This document shows, in pieces, positions 12,657 to 25,070 of a stretch of DNA of 64,000 nt (its first letter is position 1; every line of letters begins with the position of its first letter). The stretch is taken from contig MU006110.1 of assembly GCA_010093705.1 (NCBI GenBank), positions 265,680 to 329,679 of the forward strand, read 5' to 3'. The notes beneath the pieces were generated by a model. It searched no databases. It worked only from the letters and a program-made list of their open reading frames with translations, and was not told the origin of the DNA. The DNA is from Patellaria atrata CBS 101060 (taxonomy: Eukaryota). Position numbers and translations under genes: made by a program.

Positions 12657-13038
12657 ATAGTATACCACAACTGTTTTGATGGCCTTAAATGTGCACGTTT
12701 GCTCTTGCCATTGGACTGGAGTCATGGCGAGTCGAATGGTCCAGAAATCGCCGTCGCAGTGATAAGGCAACCCGCAAAGGTGAATGTCACCGATCCAAGG
12801 TACGGCGGTGCAGTCATTGTAAATCCTGGTGAGTGGGATATCCTCCAGATACAAACATGATCTAAACTATGCAGGTAGACCTGCTGCATCTGGCGTCCGA
12901 ACCCTTCTTCAAAGCGGTGAGCGCTTTCAAAATATTGTTGACGCTGATTCCGACCCGAAATCTGACCTGCGCGAGACGGCATCTGGTATCTAATACTTCG
13001 ATATCATCAGCTTCGATCCGGGCGGAGTAAACCATACT

Positions 13039-13348
13039 TGTTAGATGGTGAGGCTCGCCACCGGGTAAATGGATGCTTACTAGTTCAAAAACAGTGGTGA
13101 AAACTGTTGATGTATGGGTTTCCTGTCAGATCTGTCAGATCCCACCAAAAGCTTATATTTTTGAGGTATCTCTGTTTTGTATCCTCAACAGCTCCACTAT
13201 CTCAACAGATATCTCAACGACTATTACATGTGCTGAGATCCGGATACGTTGCCTCTGTAGCTCTTGAGCATATATAGTAGTATCTTCCGTAGCTAGTGAA
13301 CAATCAAGCGATATACTCCGTGCACCTGCAGATTCAGTTTATCTCACA
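13039..13348 (+). mobile_element. Copia-type solo LTR (~310 bp)
   Basis: TGTTAG...CTCACA ends; flanks ATACT/ATACC (one transition); its reverse complement shares TCGCTTGATT and AGTCGTTGAGATA..TGTTGA.ATAG.GGAG blocks with LTR 24477-24810. Confidence 0.65.
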
Positions 13349-14154
13349 ATACCCAAATCTAATGTCCAGAGAAAGATCCAAGCAGCCTATTTTCAACTCA
13401 AGACCGGTATTGGATTCTTCAAGTCTTATTCTAAGGTGCTTGGGAAAGATGAAGAAGGGAAGTGCTTCAAAGACTGTGTTAAGAAACGAGCATAGAGCTG
13501 TGGTAAAAGTGAGTTGAATTGCCCTAGTTCTAGCTACGAGTAGACGAGAAGACATGCGTGAGCCAAGCCTTTCGGGCCGACCAATCTCCCTTACCGTGAG
13601 GCCAGCGGTGCCTAGTCACTGACCGGTTAGTATACCGTTCCGTAACAGACTGTCAATCACTTCAAACACCAACACACCTTATCTTACATTGTGCAAACTA
13701 CTCAAAAGAGCGTAAGGAAATGAGGAAACAACTGAGATCAAAGCTAACAATGGCAAAGCTATTTTGCACAAAGTTAGGCAAACAAGTGTTATTTAAATAT
13801 ATAGCAAGAACTCAAATCTCTACTGCTAAATGGCTGATGCACGCAGGAGATGTAGATAGAGTGGAAGTATAGAGTCTACAGAAGATAACACGATGTATGG
13901 CATAAAACTGGGAATAAAAAACAGATGGTAAAGAAGAAGAAGGGATGGTTTTTCAACAATTTCCTTTGTATAGAGTTTAAACGTCCGGACTTTCCTTTAT
14001 AAATAAAATATCAGTAGGTTAAGCCACTAAACACTTTACTAAGCATATGAGGGCCCTGAAAAGGGATTTATGTATATAGGGAGTTGCGCCATAGCTTGAA
14101 GGCTGCATGCGCAGTATTGTAGGTAATATAATACAATGGAATTAAAAAAAAAAA
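13349..14154 (+). mobile_element. LINE 3' fragment (diverged relative of 7208-8103) interrupted by a solo LTR
   Basis: QAAYFQLKTGIGFFKSYSK..GKCFKDC, then after the LTR QSLQTPTHLILHC; shared 3' end GGCTGCATGCGCAGTATTGTAG plus poly(A). Confidence 0.85.
13477..13647. mobile_element. Solo LTR (171 bp, family B)
   Basis: TGTTAAG...CGTAACA ends; TSD GACTG; relatives at 44590-44752 and 54880-54957. Confidence 0.88.
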
Positions 14155-14167
14155 CAACTAGATAGAA

Positions 14168-14365
14168 TGGTGAAATTGAGGGTCACGCAAGGTGGTTGGA
14201 TATCAGATGGCTGGATATCAGATGGTTGGGGACCAGGATAAGTGAGATGGTTAAGTAGGCAATACTATAAGATAGCACAGGCACCCACTCCAGATAGTAT
14301 ACAATCAATGAACACTCTTACCCTTCTATCTACTACCTTAGCTCATACCTGTGTGGATTTTATCA
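14168..14365. mobile_element. Solo LTR (198 bp, family C) nested in an older copia-LTR relic
   Basis: TGGTGAAA...TTTATCA ends; TSD TAGAA; near-identical inverted copy at 34463-34660. Confidence 0.9.
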
Positions 14366-14746
14366 TAGAACCACTCTTTCGAGAATCAAGCGATATATTC
14401 CATGCACTTGCAGATCTAGATTATCTCACACTACTTTAGAATCGATGGTGTATCTCTACTTGTAGGGTGTGTACAGCTTAGGCGAGGGTATTTTTGGCCA
14501 CATTGCGCGCTCGTACAAGCAGATTAAATGAGCTATGCTAACGGCAATGGTTGCCCTCGTCCTCGCAGTTCATTACTTACCTGCCGCCGCCGTCCAAGTC
14601 ACAACCGAATCAATGCGAACCCCAACTCTCCTCCACGTCTCTGTTATGGCGAGCTACGCACGATATAACCGCTGCTCCCCACCCGCCTACAATCCACTTT
14701 TTCCACCTCGCAGAATCTAAGTTTCCCTATAACCGACAATCGCCAT

Positions 14747-15672
14747 ATGCTCGAACCGCAACTCTCAAGTTCACGAAAACGTCAATGCTCAGAGCAGCCC
14801 CAACTGAACGAAACGTCGCAACCCATATCAAAAAAGCAGAGGCTCTGCCCTCGTAATGGATCTGAACCACCGACGGAATTCTGGGACAACTTATCGAAGA
14901 TCTGGTTGACCAAGCGAGCGTTAAGAGAGCTAGGTCGAAGAAACATTCAAGCTGCTCCAAGCCCGCCTCATTCACCACATTCACCGCATCAACGCGCTTG
15001 CCGGCCTGTCACTCGAAACTTCGTCGCTGAGCAGAAGGTAATTATCACCGTTCACTACACAGCCGACTATCTTCACCGCTGCAAGCCGAGGGTTTTGAAG
15101 GACATAAAGTTATTCGCCAGACACGGTGGTCGAGATCTGTCGTATCTGAGGAACGTCTGTATTGCAAGACACTTACCGGCTTGCCCCAAAACCCACGACG
15201 CTAGTACCTCGAACCTATCTGTCGTTCAGATCATACAATGAGCTCCAGTCAGTCGAGTCAGAGCCCACAAAGGGGTTCTGCAACACCTCGAGCGCTAGGC
15301 CCTCCACGAATACAACAAGAACAAAGGGCACTGGGGTCTATGACCGTGACTTTCAACACCTCATCGATAATGCAGTCTATCCCCATGGTTGCAGACATTC
15401 AGATGGTAGTGCACCCGCTAAGCTGATGAATTAGAAGGATCCTAATAAAATCCGCCTTCTCTTTCGCCATCTAAGTTTACCGATGAAGACTACGAAAGAT
15501 TTCATGTGAGCAGATGCGGATGCATCAAAAGAAAAGCAAGTGTCTGGGTCGGTGATTCCAACATCATCCCTTCAACTCAGCACAACTTCCCATGGCGCCG
15601 AATTTCTTCCTAGCAGCTAAGGGGCCGGATGGATCGTTAGCGGTGGCTGGACGACAAGCGTGTTATGACGGA
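14747..15672 (+). pseudogene. Degraded member of a widespread fungal accessory family with a restriction-endonuclease-like PNFFLxxKG motif
   Basis: FWDNLSKIWLTKRALREL, FARHGG.DLS.LR, YDRDFQHLIDN.VYP and MAPNFFLAAKGPDGSLAVAGRQACYDG occur in broken frames; truncated after YDG. Confidence 0.6.
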
Positions 15673-16613
15673 GTAGAGCGAAAGATGGTCGTGGACAAAT
15701 AGCAAAATTCGATGTGATAGAGGGCAGGACTTTTTAACGGAGCAGGGTGCACTCCTGCTAATGTACGGATATATTTTGATGAAGGCTGGCCTGGTCAAGA
15801 AGGGAAGGAATTAAGACTGGATATCTATAACCCGTGAAATCATACTCCTGATGACGGTGTCTTAATATTCTATTTCCAATTTCTATCTTAAGGCTCTCTA
15901 GAAACCATGACGTACGCAATCATTTGCATCTATAAGTATCACCCGAGTAATTATGTATGTTGGCCAAACGCATTCGAATTGTCTTGCCATTTAAGTGCGC
16001 TTGACATGGCTTCGGCAGCTTCTTAGGGTCTAATGACGGTATGGTTCTGGATCGTTTAGCTTCCAGAGGGTCCTGCTCCGGTCCCCGCTGTGGGACCCGT
16101 TCCCAGTGCCAGTTTCGGATCCTCGCTCCCCTTCCGAGCACACGTTCTAGACCCGCCATGGAATCTCTATCCGCCCTATCAGACTTCACGTGGTCCTCTG
16201 ACCGTCCACTTCGTTTCGAGAAATAGCTTCCCACAGGTCGACCACCCTCCCTGATTGTGATGGCAACGTTCACTGTCATGTCTCTTTAATTACCGATAAT
16301 ATTATATATGTCACGAGCTGGATCTACAATCGTAACAGCGGCTCGGACTCCCGACGGATTAGCTAGTCGACCCGAGTTTTAGCATGTATATATTATCTCT
16401 CCCGTAGCCGTAGATAGCTTCTGTCCTCACCTTATTATTCTTCGTCAATAATAGTATCTGTTATGCTCGCTCGTGCCTGAAGATACTCGGCGGGACATAG
16501 ATATTTAGGGCCGAGAATCTATTTCTATAGCCGAGCATATAATATTAGTAGTAAAATAATATCGTTAATACGGCCTTGAGCCTTAGGCCTAAATGTGAGG
16601 TTAGTTATACTAG

Positions 16614-18262
16614 TTAAGGTGTATAGATGTCCCGCCCAAGCACCCTCATTCTCTTCTCCATCACCTGCACCTCCAGCTCTTCGGCCTCCTTCCATCGCCC
16701 TTGAGTGCTGTACGTCAACGCCAGGTTGACCATGCTGATCAGCGTGTCTGGATGCTCCTCCCCAAGCACCCTCTTTCTCTTCTCCATCACCTGCACCTCC
16801 AGCTCTTCGGCCTCCTTCCATCGCCCTTGATTCCTATACGTCGACGCCAGGTTGGCCGTGCTGGACAGCGTGTCTGGATGCTCGTCTCCTAAGATAATCT
16901 TCCTAGACTCGAATGTTCGTCGGTGCAGTTTCTCTGCCTTAGTATAAAGCCCTTGAGCTTCTAAAACCAGTCCAAGAAGCTCTATAGCAGCAAGCGTATC
17001 AATGTCGTCGTTGCCGCCTATAGTTCGGCGATCTTCTACTAATCTGCGAATTACTTCTTCTGCGGACTTATATCTTCCTTGGCTTATAAACACTTCGCCT
17101 AATATGGATAATATTCCTAAGTGCTTAGAGTGGCTGGTCCCGAACCAATTCTCCGCCCTGGACAATTCTTCTCGTAGACGCTCTTCTTCCCTTTGTTTAT
17201 ACCGCTGCGGTAGAAGAGCCGCTGCACTATCTATCTGGCCCTGGAAAGCGTTTGGGGTGGAGATAGGGTATGGGAGGGAGCTTGGAAGAGACAGATAGGT
17301 GGAAGCGGAACTTTGCCCTGTAAAAGTGCTGCTTTGAGGTTGAATTATGCTTGTAATTGAAGGAGCGGGAGAGAACATTTGCGGGCTCCCGGCGATAGAA
17401 ATAATGTCTTGCGTTGAAAGGATTGGAGTTGCTACTGAAGATACGGGACTATGGGCTAGGGAATCACACTCAGAAATGGTTCGACAATACACATCAGACG
17501 GGGTGGCTTCGGCATGTTAGTATCGTATGTAGCTATGTTTTTTACACTTCAACTTACATGCCGCGGGACTAGGGCTATATAAGAGACTCTTGGAAACCCC
17601 TTTCCTTTTCATCCATCGGTCGATTTTTCGTTGTTCTACTTTATTACCCCTAACTTCAGTTATAAGCTCGCCCTTAGTGACTTCAACAAGCTTTCTTCGC
17701 TGTTGTTTTCTCACGATTGTTTTCATCTCTGTCGGCTTGATATTCTTGTCCTTGCCCCATTGACTAACGCGCGTTCGGTACTGTCGTAGCCTGTCTAAAG
17801 TAAGTATATGAGCGTGTTAGGGGGTCTACCTTACTCTATTTAGACATACTCAGCAATAAAGCCAAACTCATTCTCAATCTTCTTCTTAACTTCCTTTAGA
17901 GATAGTCTTTGCTCAATATAGAGTTCGACGATTCGATCTTTATACGGCTCCCAAGCATTGGCGTGTAGGGTCGGAGCCTTCCTCTTCCGTGGCCGGGTTG
18001 GCGGACCCATAGGAATTACGGGCCCAGTTTGGGAATCACCAAAAGACCCTCCATTTTGGAGTGGATAGTCATGGAATGAATATGGTATATGACTTTGGCC
18101 AGTCATAAACTGTCCACCTTGGCCTTGCGTCTGTAAAGTAGAGTCAAATGCTAAGGGGACGTCATGGGGCCTATGAGCTTGCTGTGCGACGTAAGGGCTC
18201 GACATAGGATGTGGAAGATTGAGCTCCCCGAAAACGGGGAAATTGGAGATCCAGGGATTCAT
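16614..18262 (-). pseudogene. Clr5-domain plus kinesin-light-chain-type TPR protein, multi-exon, 3' end degraded
   Basis: Clr5-like WEPYKDRIVELYIEQRLSLKEV...QYRTRVSQWGKDKNIK; 42-aa TPRs (HPDTL.S..NLA.TY..QGRWKEAEELE); frameshift and AT-rich decay near 16630. Confidence 0.8.
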
Positions 18263-19178
18263 GTCAAGGCTTCTTCGTGCCGAAGCCGTATCAATCAACA
18301 AGACTGCCTTGTGGGTTCAGATCAAGAGTAATAGACCGGCTTGGGAGGAAAAGGAAGAGAAAGGAACGAAGCGATACTGCGTACTTAAGTAGACTGGTAA
18401 AGATATAATATATAGTAGAATAGTTAAGAAGCAGAGTTAATCGGTGGGGACTGACCAGCTAAATGACAAAACTCCTATTGTCGCTGAGTTATGGCTGAGC
18501 GTCAATTATGGAGGGGAGTAGATGACGCAGTATCCGTGCGCAAGCCTTAACTACCCAACTAGAATATGGCCGGCCCTAGTTAGCAAAAGTACTATCTCGC
18601 TAGTAACCAATCGCCTTCGGTCAGGGCGCTTGAAAAACTACAATCATGTTAAGCTTCCATCTCTCCCGCATGGCAATCCAGAAACCTCTCTTCACTAAGC
18701 CGAATATAGAGCTGAAACAGGGCGTCTGTGCATTTTATCCCACTACCTAACGGGCTCCTAGCAGCGGAAGCTTCACGCAAAAGTACTATTTTTCGTTTAA
18801 TGCTCACGCCCGCTAATTATAAAGCCTACTTAAAAGTCTTGGCGTATTACGACCACCATTAATGATACATATAATGGTGCACTGGGTGGCTATGAACCTT
18901 TTCATTCAGCGGTTCACCGCACTTCCTAAAGAGACTTGCTGTTCAGTTTTAATATCATCTGCAAAACTACTGAATATCTTTATATTAAGAGGGCTGTTGT
19001 CCTGACTCTTACACGTAGTTCTCTACCTAATGTCGATTTCAGACTGTCTAAACAGTACGATTCGTCACCTCACTGCCTGGAACATTACCAGTTCAACTAT
19101 CTCATCGCACTGAAGCATTATCAATTCAAATACCTCACGACATAGAGCACATCTATTCCCATTTCTAGACATTACGAT

Positions 19179-19395
19179 ATGGCTCGAGCAATGCTCTCCG
19201 CTGAATTCATTACCTCGATCGTCTTCGGCATCCTTCAGTTAACTATCGGGTTTATTTCTCTCTGGCAACAGCGCCACCTCCGTCAGGCAAATTGTACATT
19301 ATCTTCTATCCCTACGCACCAACCTCGGGACTCACATGATTACAGACCCAGCACCTCTAGCTAGAGAAGTACTTTCTGAAACCGTGGAAGAGTGA
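19179..19395 (+). CDS. Possible single-transmembrane microprotein
   Basis: MLSAEFITSIVFGILQLTIGFISLWQQRHLR: a hydrophobic helix with a basic C-terminal flank; possible short intron ending TACAG at ~19346. Confidence 0.3.
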
Positions 19396-19469
19396 TACCT
19401 ACTACTTGTTGTTGGAGGGAGTTAGCAAAACTAGAAGGAGGGAACTGGAGGTGATTCTATAGGAAATAA

Positions 19470-19806
19470 TGTGAGATTGTGGGTAACTGAATGTAGTCGC
19501 TTGATTCTCCGTACAACTACGGATTCTATCTAGTGTTTATATAATGACAGACCACCTTATTGATTAACCCTTTGACGTCACGAAGCCTAGCTACGTAATC
19601 TCCAAATCAAGGCGAACATAACGATACTACCTACGTCAGATATAAAATAAGAGATGACATCAAAAGAGTGAGCTAATGTTATAGTTTTGGTGATACTTAA
19701 CCGATAAGTCGGAGCCGAGCATTTAGCTCTGAAGATCTCCAACACGAACTCCTGGAGATCCTGACGATCTTCCAACATAAGGCTATCGGGGATCAGCTAT
19801 CTGACA
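19470..19806 (-). repeat. 3' LTR of the copia element
   Basis: TGTGAG...CTGACA, adjacent to the PPT (CACCCTTCC on the + strand). Confidence 0.85.
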
Positions 19807-22800
19807 CACCCTTCCAGCTCGAGGAGCTTGGGGACAGCTACTCGGGCTGAACCGTAGTCCTGATGGTGTTTTTGATGGAGATGGAGAAATTTCGAGAGGT
19901 GTTCTTATGCTTTCTCCTCTGTTCGTGTTCATGGATATGATGCTCGATATCAGCCATTCCAAGCTGTTTGAGAAAGGATTCGTGGTTCTGACGACCAAGA
20001 AGCTTTGTGAAGCCGTCAGCTGGCATTTCAGTCGTAGATCTCCACTCCAATCTGATACGTCCGGACTGAACTTCCTGTCGTAGCCAGTGCTGGTGGATAT
20101 CCACGTGTTTGAGCTTTGTTGTCAGCTGAGGCGTGTCAGCCTTAAGGAGACGTAAAGTCTGTTGGTTATCGCATAAAATCGAGATTTGATGCTCTGGATC
20201 AAAAGAGATTCCATTGAAAAGGCGTTGCTAAGCGATGAGCTCTCTGGCAGTCAGAAATAGAGCTAGAAGCTCAGCTTCAGTGCTTGACGTAGTGACTGTA
20301 TCTTGTTTTGTAGCTTTGATATGCTTGTCTGACGGATTAGTCAGATATTTGGACAGCTCAGAAGCCGCCCTAGCAACGTCTGGTCTCGTGGACGTGGATG
20401 GCCAGTTGATGGATCCAACTAGTTGTTGATAGTGGTGAATCTGAGATTGAGATGCTTGAGTCGTAGAGCGTCTCAAAGGCTCAATAGGTAGAGGTGTTGA
20501 GGGAAACTTTTGATAGTGAAGGTTGAATTTTGAGTAGATGCTCTCAATATAAGCATCTTGACAGAGCCATAACTTCCTAGCGTCAAGATCTCGGACTACA
20601 CGCATGCCGAGGAAATTCTGAAGATCTCCGAGCTCCTTCATGGGGTAGACAGCCATCAGTTGTGCTTTGAATTCGTGGAGTTCTTCGCTATACTGTTTTG
20701 AGCACAGCAAAACGATGTCGTCGACGTAGAAGAAGACGGTTAGCCACTCGTTTTGAAAGAGACAGTTAACTCCAATCACCTGAGAGAGGCCTAGAGCTTC
20801 AAGAGTAGTTGATAACGTGCGCCACCACAGTAAGGGGGACCTTTTGAGTCCGTATAAAGCTCGTTTGAGACGAAGCGCAGTCCCGGGCGAAGAGAATCCT
20901 TCCGGTGGGAGGCAAAACACTTCTTCGTCAACAGGACTATTTACAAAAGCGTTAACAGCATCTAAATGCAGAGCTATCAAGTCGAAAGCGGCTGCGATGG
21001 ATAGCATAGCTCTCATAGTACGCATGGCTAGAGTAGCGGCGAACGTGTCCAGTTCTGTATGGTGGAGATCACCTCTAACACAAAGTCGTGCTTTGTATTT
21101 GGTCAAAAATCCCTCCTCGTCGAATTTGTACGTAAAGACCCACATTAGGGGCAACAGTTGTGCTCCGTCTGGAAGCTCAGATCTCCTTTCAATAGTAAAC
21201 GTGCCACGATTTTGAAGCTCGTTATACTCACGAGTAGCTGCAGATAGCCAGTCGTCACGATACTGGTGGCTCAATACACCCTTCCAGCGAGACGGTACGG
21301 GGGGGAGCTGACTTCGGTGAATCCGGTTGGTTGGCTGAATCTCCTTTTTAAGGGAGGTGAGGAAAGAGGTGAACAATGCATGGTGGGTGGTACGACCTCT
21401 ACGGCGCTTACCAGTCAATATATTTGACTCATCAAATTCAGACGATATCTGATTGGCTCGAGGGGCTTTGTTGTGAGTACGACGAGTGCTTATTGTTATA
21501 TTTTCACCTATGGAGGAGCTTGGTGACTGATCCCGAGCTTTTTCGGTATCCCTAGCCAGCCCCTGAGCAGTGTCCTGGACAAGCTGGTTTGACGGATCAT
21601 ATGATGGATCCTCAGAGTCCGAAACAGCATCTGGTGTCGGTTGTGGCGAAGGTAGGTATGCTCTGGACTACTTTTCAGTGTCTTGAAGGGGAGTAGTGCT
21701 CAACGGTAGAGTAGCTGTAGATAGTGTGGGATCTGTGGTTCCTATCGGATTATCATTGTCCAAGATCACCGGATATTCCGCCTGCATCGCTTTTGCTCGG
21801 AGACTTGGTGGTATCTCGAGTATATCGATTACTTCTGTCGTGGATTCCTTGAGCAGGTGACCGATATCAATATCTCGAGGATTGTAAAGTGAATTTTCGT
21901 CAAAACGGACGTCTCTGGAGGAGAACACACGCCTCAAGCTGGGTACCCAAATACGGAAGATATTTGATGAGTCATAGCCAACCAAATATCCGATGTGAGC
22001 ACGTGGATCAAGTTTTTGAAGCCTAGGGATGTTTTTATTCAAAACGTAAGCTTTACAGCCATATACCCGTAGGTGGCTAAGATCGGGCTTCCTACCAGTG
22101 ACGAGCTCAAAAGGGATCTTCCAATTGAGCCTTTTTGTCGGTGTTCTGTTCAGCAGATACACGGCTGTGTGTATCGGCTCAGGCCAGATATCGTGTGGAA
22201 GTTGAGCACCAACACGTAAGCCTCTGCTTCTCAAAATAATCACCCTTCCAGAGGACTCAGCTCCTGCATTCTGAGCAGGAGTATAGGGAGCTGAGGCTCT
22301 GAAATTCCTCCTATGGCAGCAAGTTCGTCATAGAACTCGTTAGTAAGTGCGGACTCACCGTCTCGTTCAAAATAGACAACGGTATATCCGAATTGAGCCA
22401 AAATCCGGGCGACATAGTTCTTGCAAATTTGAACAATATCGCTTTTTCTTACGTGGGTGACAGCTTCGTGCCATCCAGTGAAGCGATCATAAAAGTGGGT
22501 AAGGTATTTACACCCATTGTAAGCTTCTTTCAAGTAAATCATATCAACGGCCACTCTCTCGAATGGTCTCGTCGGGGGCAACGTGGCCCGTGGTCTTCGT
22601 GAGACAATCTCTGTTGCTTTAGTCAGAGCGCATGTCTCGCACTCTGTTGTTGAGGGTCCCCTCCCATATAGTTCGGCACCCGTTACGTTGTCCTGGAGAT
22701 GTTCAAGTATCTCCGGGCTAGGGTGTGCCATGATTTTGTGCCATTTGTCAGCGGTAGCTGATACTGGCGGCCTAGGTTGGCTGGAGCGGGTTACCATGGC

Positions 22801-24476
22801 CACGGCCTTCTCATTGATGTCTAATTCGACGTAGTGGAGTAAGTAATGGCCGTCCATCTTGTGGACTTTGCAAATTTGCTTGCCTTTGGCATCCTCAAAG
22901 ATACCTCTCCGAGCGTTGTGAAAAACACCCTTTGCCTCAGCTTTTGACTGAGAGATTAGTGAAGTTCGGAACTGAGGGCACAAATAAGCACCACTCAGGG
23001 TGATGAAGCTCCGTCCATAAGGTGTATCCACGGGGACGTTTAAAGCTTCCAACAGCATCAACTGGGACGGATCTGTATCCCATACCTAGAGTCAGTCCAG
23101 GGTGTACTGTTTCAATGTTAAAAATAGCTGGGTTATTGCAGACGTGGACATCAGATCCACCGTCTAGAACGTAAGAGGCCGAGAATTTGAATGGCACATC
23201 TTCGTGAAAGGTCGTTGCCCTGAGGGTCGCTCCAGGGCTTACGGGTTTGTTTGATTTTGAAGGTTTAGAGTCTTGCCCTTGAGAGGATTCTTGGGAATTT
23301 TTGAATTCTGCTCTGATTTTGTCAATGGCAGATCTTATTCGCTCGCTGGAGGATTTATATCGTTCGTTGACCTCACGCTGTACCTTCTCTGAATAGTTCG
23401 CTGGCTTCGTTGCAGCCGGATTGATATAACAACACGATCTGAAGAAGTGATTTTGTCCACAAAGGCAAAGAGGTTTCTTCCCATGCTGTTGAGTGGATTT
23501 GTCGTTCTTGGTTGTATTTGATTCTCCTTGAAACGTGGCAAGGGCTGTGCCTTTGGATGTAGACACCGCCCCAGTGGCGCGCTTGTAGGCCGCATACTGT
23601 TTGACGATCTTGTGGACGTCGTCGACATGATTATGGACACTGACTGTGGCTGCGTTATCAGAAACAGGCACAAGAGGGGGTCTATTGTCAAGCTGATCCA
23701 TCAGTTTCACCTGATTTGCCACTGCCCAGTGCTCGTCCACTTGCTTGATAGCTTCTAAAAGCTCCACCTCAAACATAAAGATGCCGATAAAGGTATGCTG
23801 GATTTGTTTACTCTCTGAGTAGATGGTCTCGTAATCATTGAGCCAATCGTAAATATTCCTCTTCTTGATAGAGGCTCTGAGAGCGTTTAGGCGTCCGGAT
23901 ATCTCGAAGATAGACGAGTGATTAGCTGGACGGAATCTAGATCTAAGTTCAACGAGTTTTTCGTGGACCGATTTGAGGTTTATGATATGCTGAAGCGTTG
24001 ATGACGATATAGAGTCGTATATAGCGTTCTGTAAATCAACGATAGCTTCTTCAGCCTTATCATAGATCTTACACTGTCGTCTATACTTTTCAAGCTGAGC
24101 ATTAGTTGCATTATCAGCAAGCTCGCCTGGCTGGTCGATCTCAGGGGGTTCCGCTATATCAGGATTTACGTATTTCCATACTTTGCTAGCTTCAGCTTTT
24201 CCTTTGATCAGACCAATCCACGTGTTCCAATCGGAAGACGAGTTCAGTATAATGGAAGACTTCGAGGTAAGGGTTGAAGACGACATATTGGCAAGCAGAC
24301 AGCTTAAAACCAGAAGAGATAGGAGTATATTTAAGCAAAGATGTCCAAAAGTAGATGGAGCAGTAAAAGCACCACCACAACGGTAAAAGGAGTCAAGAGA
24401 CTGATAAAGATAATGCTTAAAATATCTGAAAATCTCAGCTGATCTCTCAAAGCTACGTGCAAGCCGGGCTCATAAC

Positions 24477-24810
24477 TGTGAGATTATGGATAACTGAATG
24501 TAGTCGCTTGATTTTTTTTATCTATCCACTAAAGGAATTTCTATATATACTGAAGAGCTACTAAGAGTCGTTGAGATAATTGTTGAAATAGAGGAGTCTG
24601 TTGAGGACGAAATAAATAATTGTTGAAGAGAGACTTTTTCGTGCTCCATGCTACTCCGTGGCTGACATCTGACAGATAGTTGATAGATCCACCAAAGCAC
24701 CGATACTCCAACAGCGCCACCATCTAACAATACTTAACTTATAAGTCGGAGCCGAGCACTTAGCTCTGAAAATTTCCAACATAAGGCTATCGGAGATTAG
24801 CCGTCTGACA
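24477..24810 (-). repeat. 5' LTR of the copia element
   Basis: TGTGAG...CTGACA, adjacent to the PBS; shares only its ends with 19470-19806. Confidence 0.85.
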
Positions 24811-25070
24811 GTTCTATATATAGATTCTAGGCGCTATTGGAAGAAAATTAAGGCATTAGTGGTCTTACGCGGTTATTCTATAATTAATGTAAGAATGAAG
24901 TTTGAAGAATCTTGTAAAAAACTTATGAAATATAGGAAACTGAAAACTAAAAGGGGAGGAGGTTAGCGAAGAGTGAAGACCGGAGAATATGCGGTGTATG
25001 ATTTGTGGCATATAAGCTACATAAAACGTGGAAAGAGACATGTCATCTCCGTTGTGGTCTAGTGGTTAGG
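24811..25070 (+). repeat. ~260-bp direct repeat of 37226-37489 (captain-proximal segment ending in a tRNA 5' half)
   Basis: Collinear high-identity match from GTTC(T/C)ATATATAGATTCTAGGCGCT to TCCGTTGTGGTCTAGTGGTTAGG. Confidence 0.92.

Larger units (their letters stand above)
12040..12828 (+). pseudogene. 5' fragment of a TAP-like (tripeptidyl aminopeptidase, alpha/beta hydrolase) gene split by a solo LTR
   Basis: Removing the LTR 12394-12656 and one TSD restores IEPSQTIVYHNCFDGLKCARLLLPLDW...IAVAVIRQPAKVNVTDPRYGGAVIVNPG; intron 12261-12370; no downstream exons seen. Confidence 0.7.
19470..24810 (-). mobile_element. Ty1/copia LTR retrotransposon, defective and chimeric (non-matching LTRs, no TSD)
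   Basis: gag (24286-), protease VLDGGSD, GAG-pre-integrase/integrase, RT (YVDD), RNase H (KHVDIHQHW); PBS GTTATGAGCCC at 24476-24466 (half-tRNA-iMet type); PPT next to 19806; several stops and frameshifts. Confidence 0.93.

Noticed and set aside
16309..16497. Possible solo LTR sharing CGTAACAGCGGCTCGG with ~6552
   Set aside because: Boundaries and TSD could not be established.
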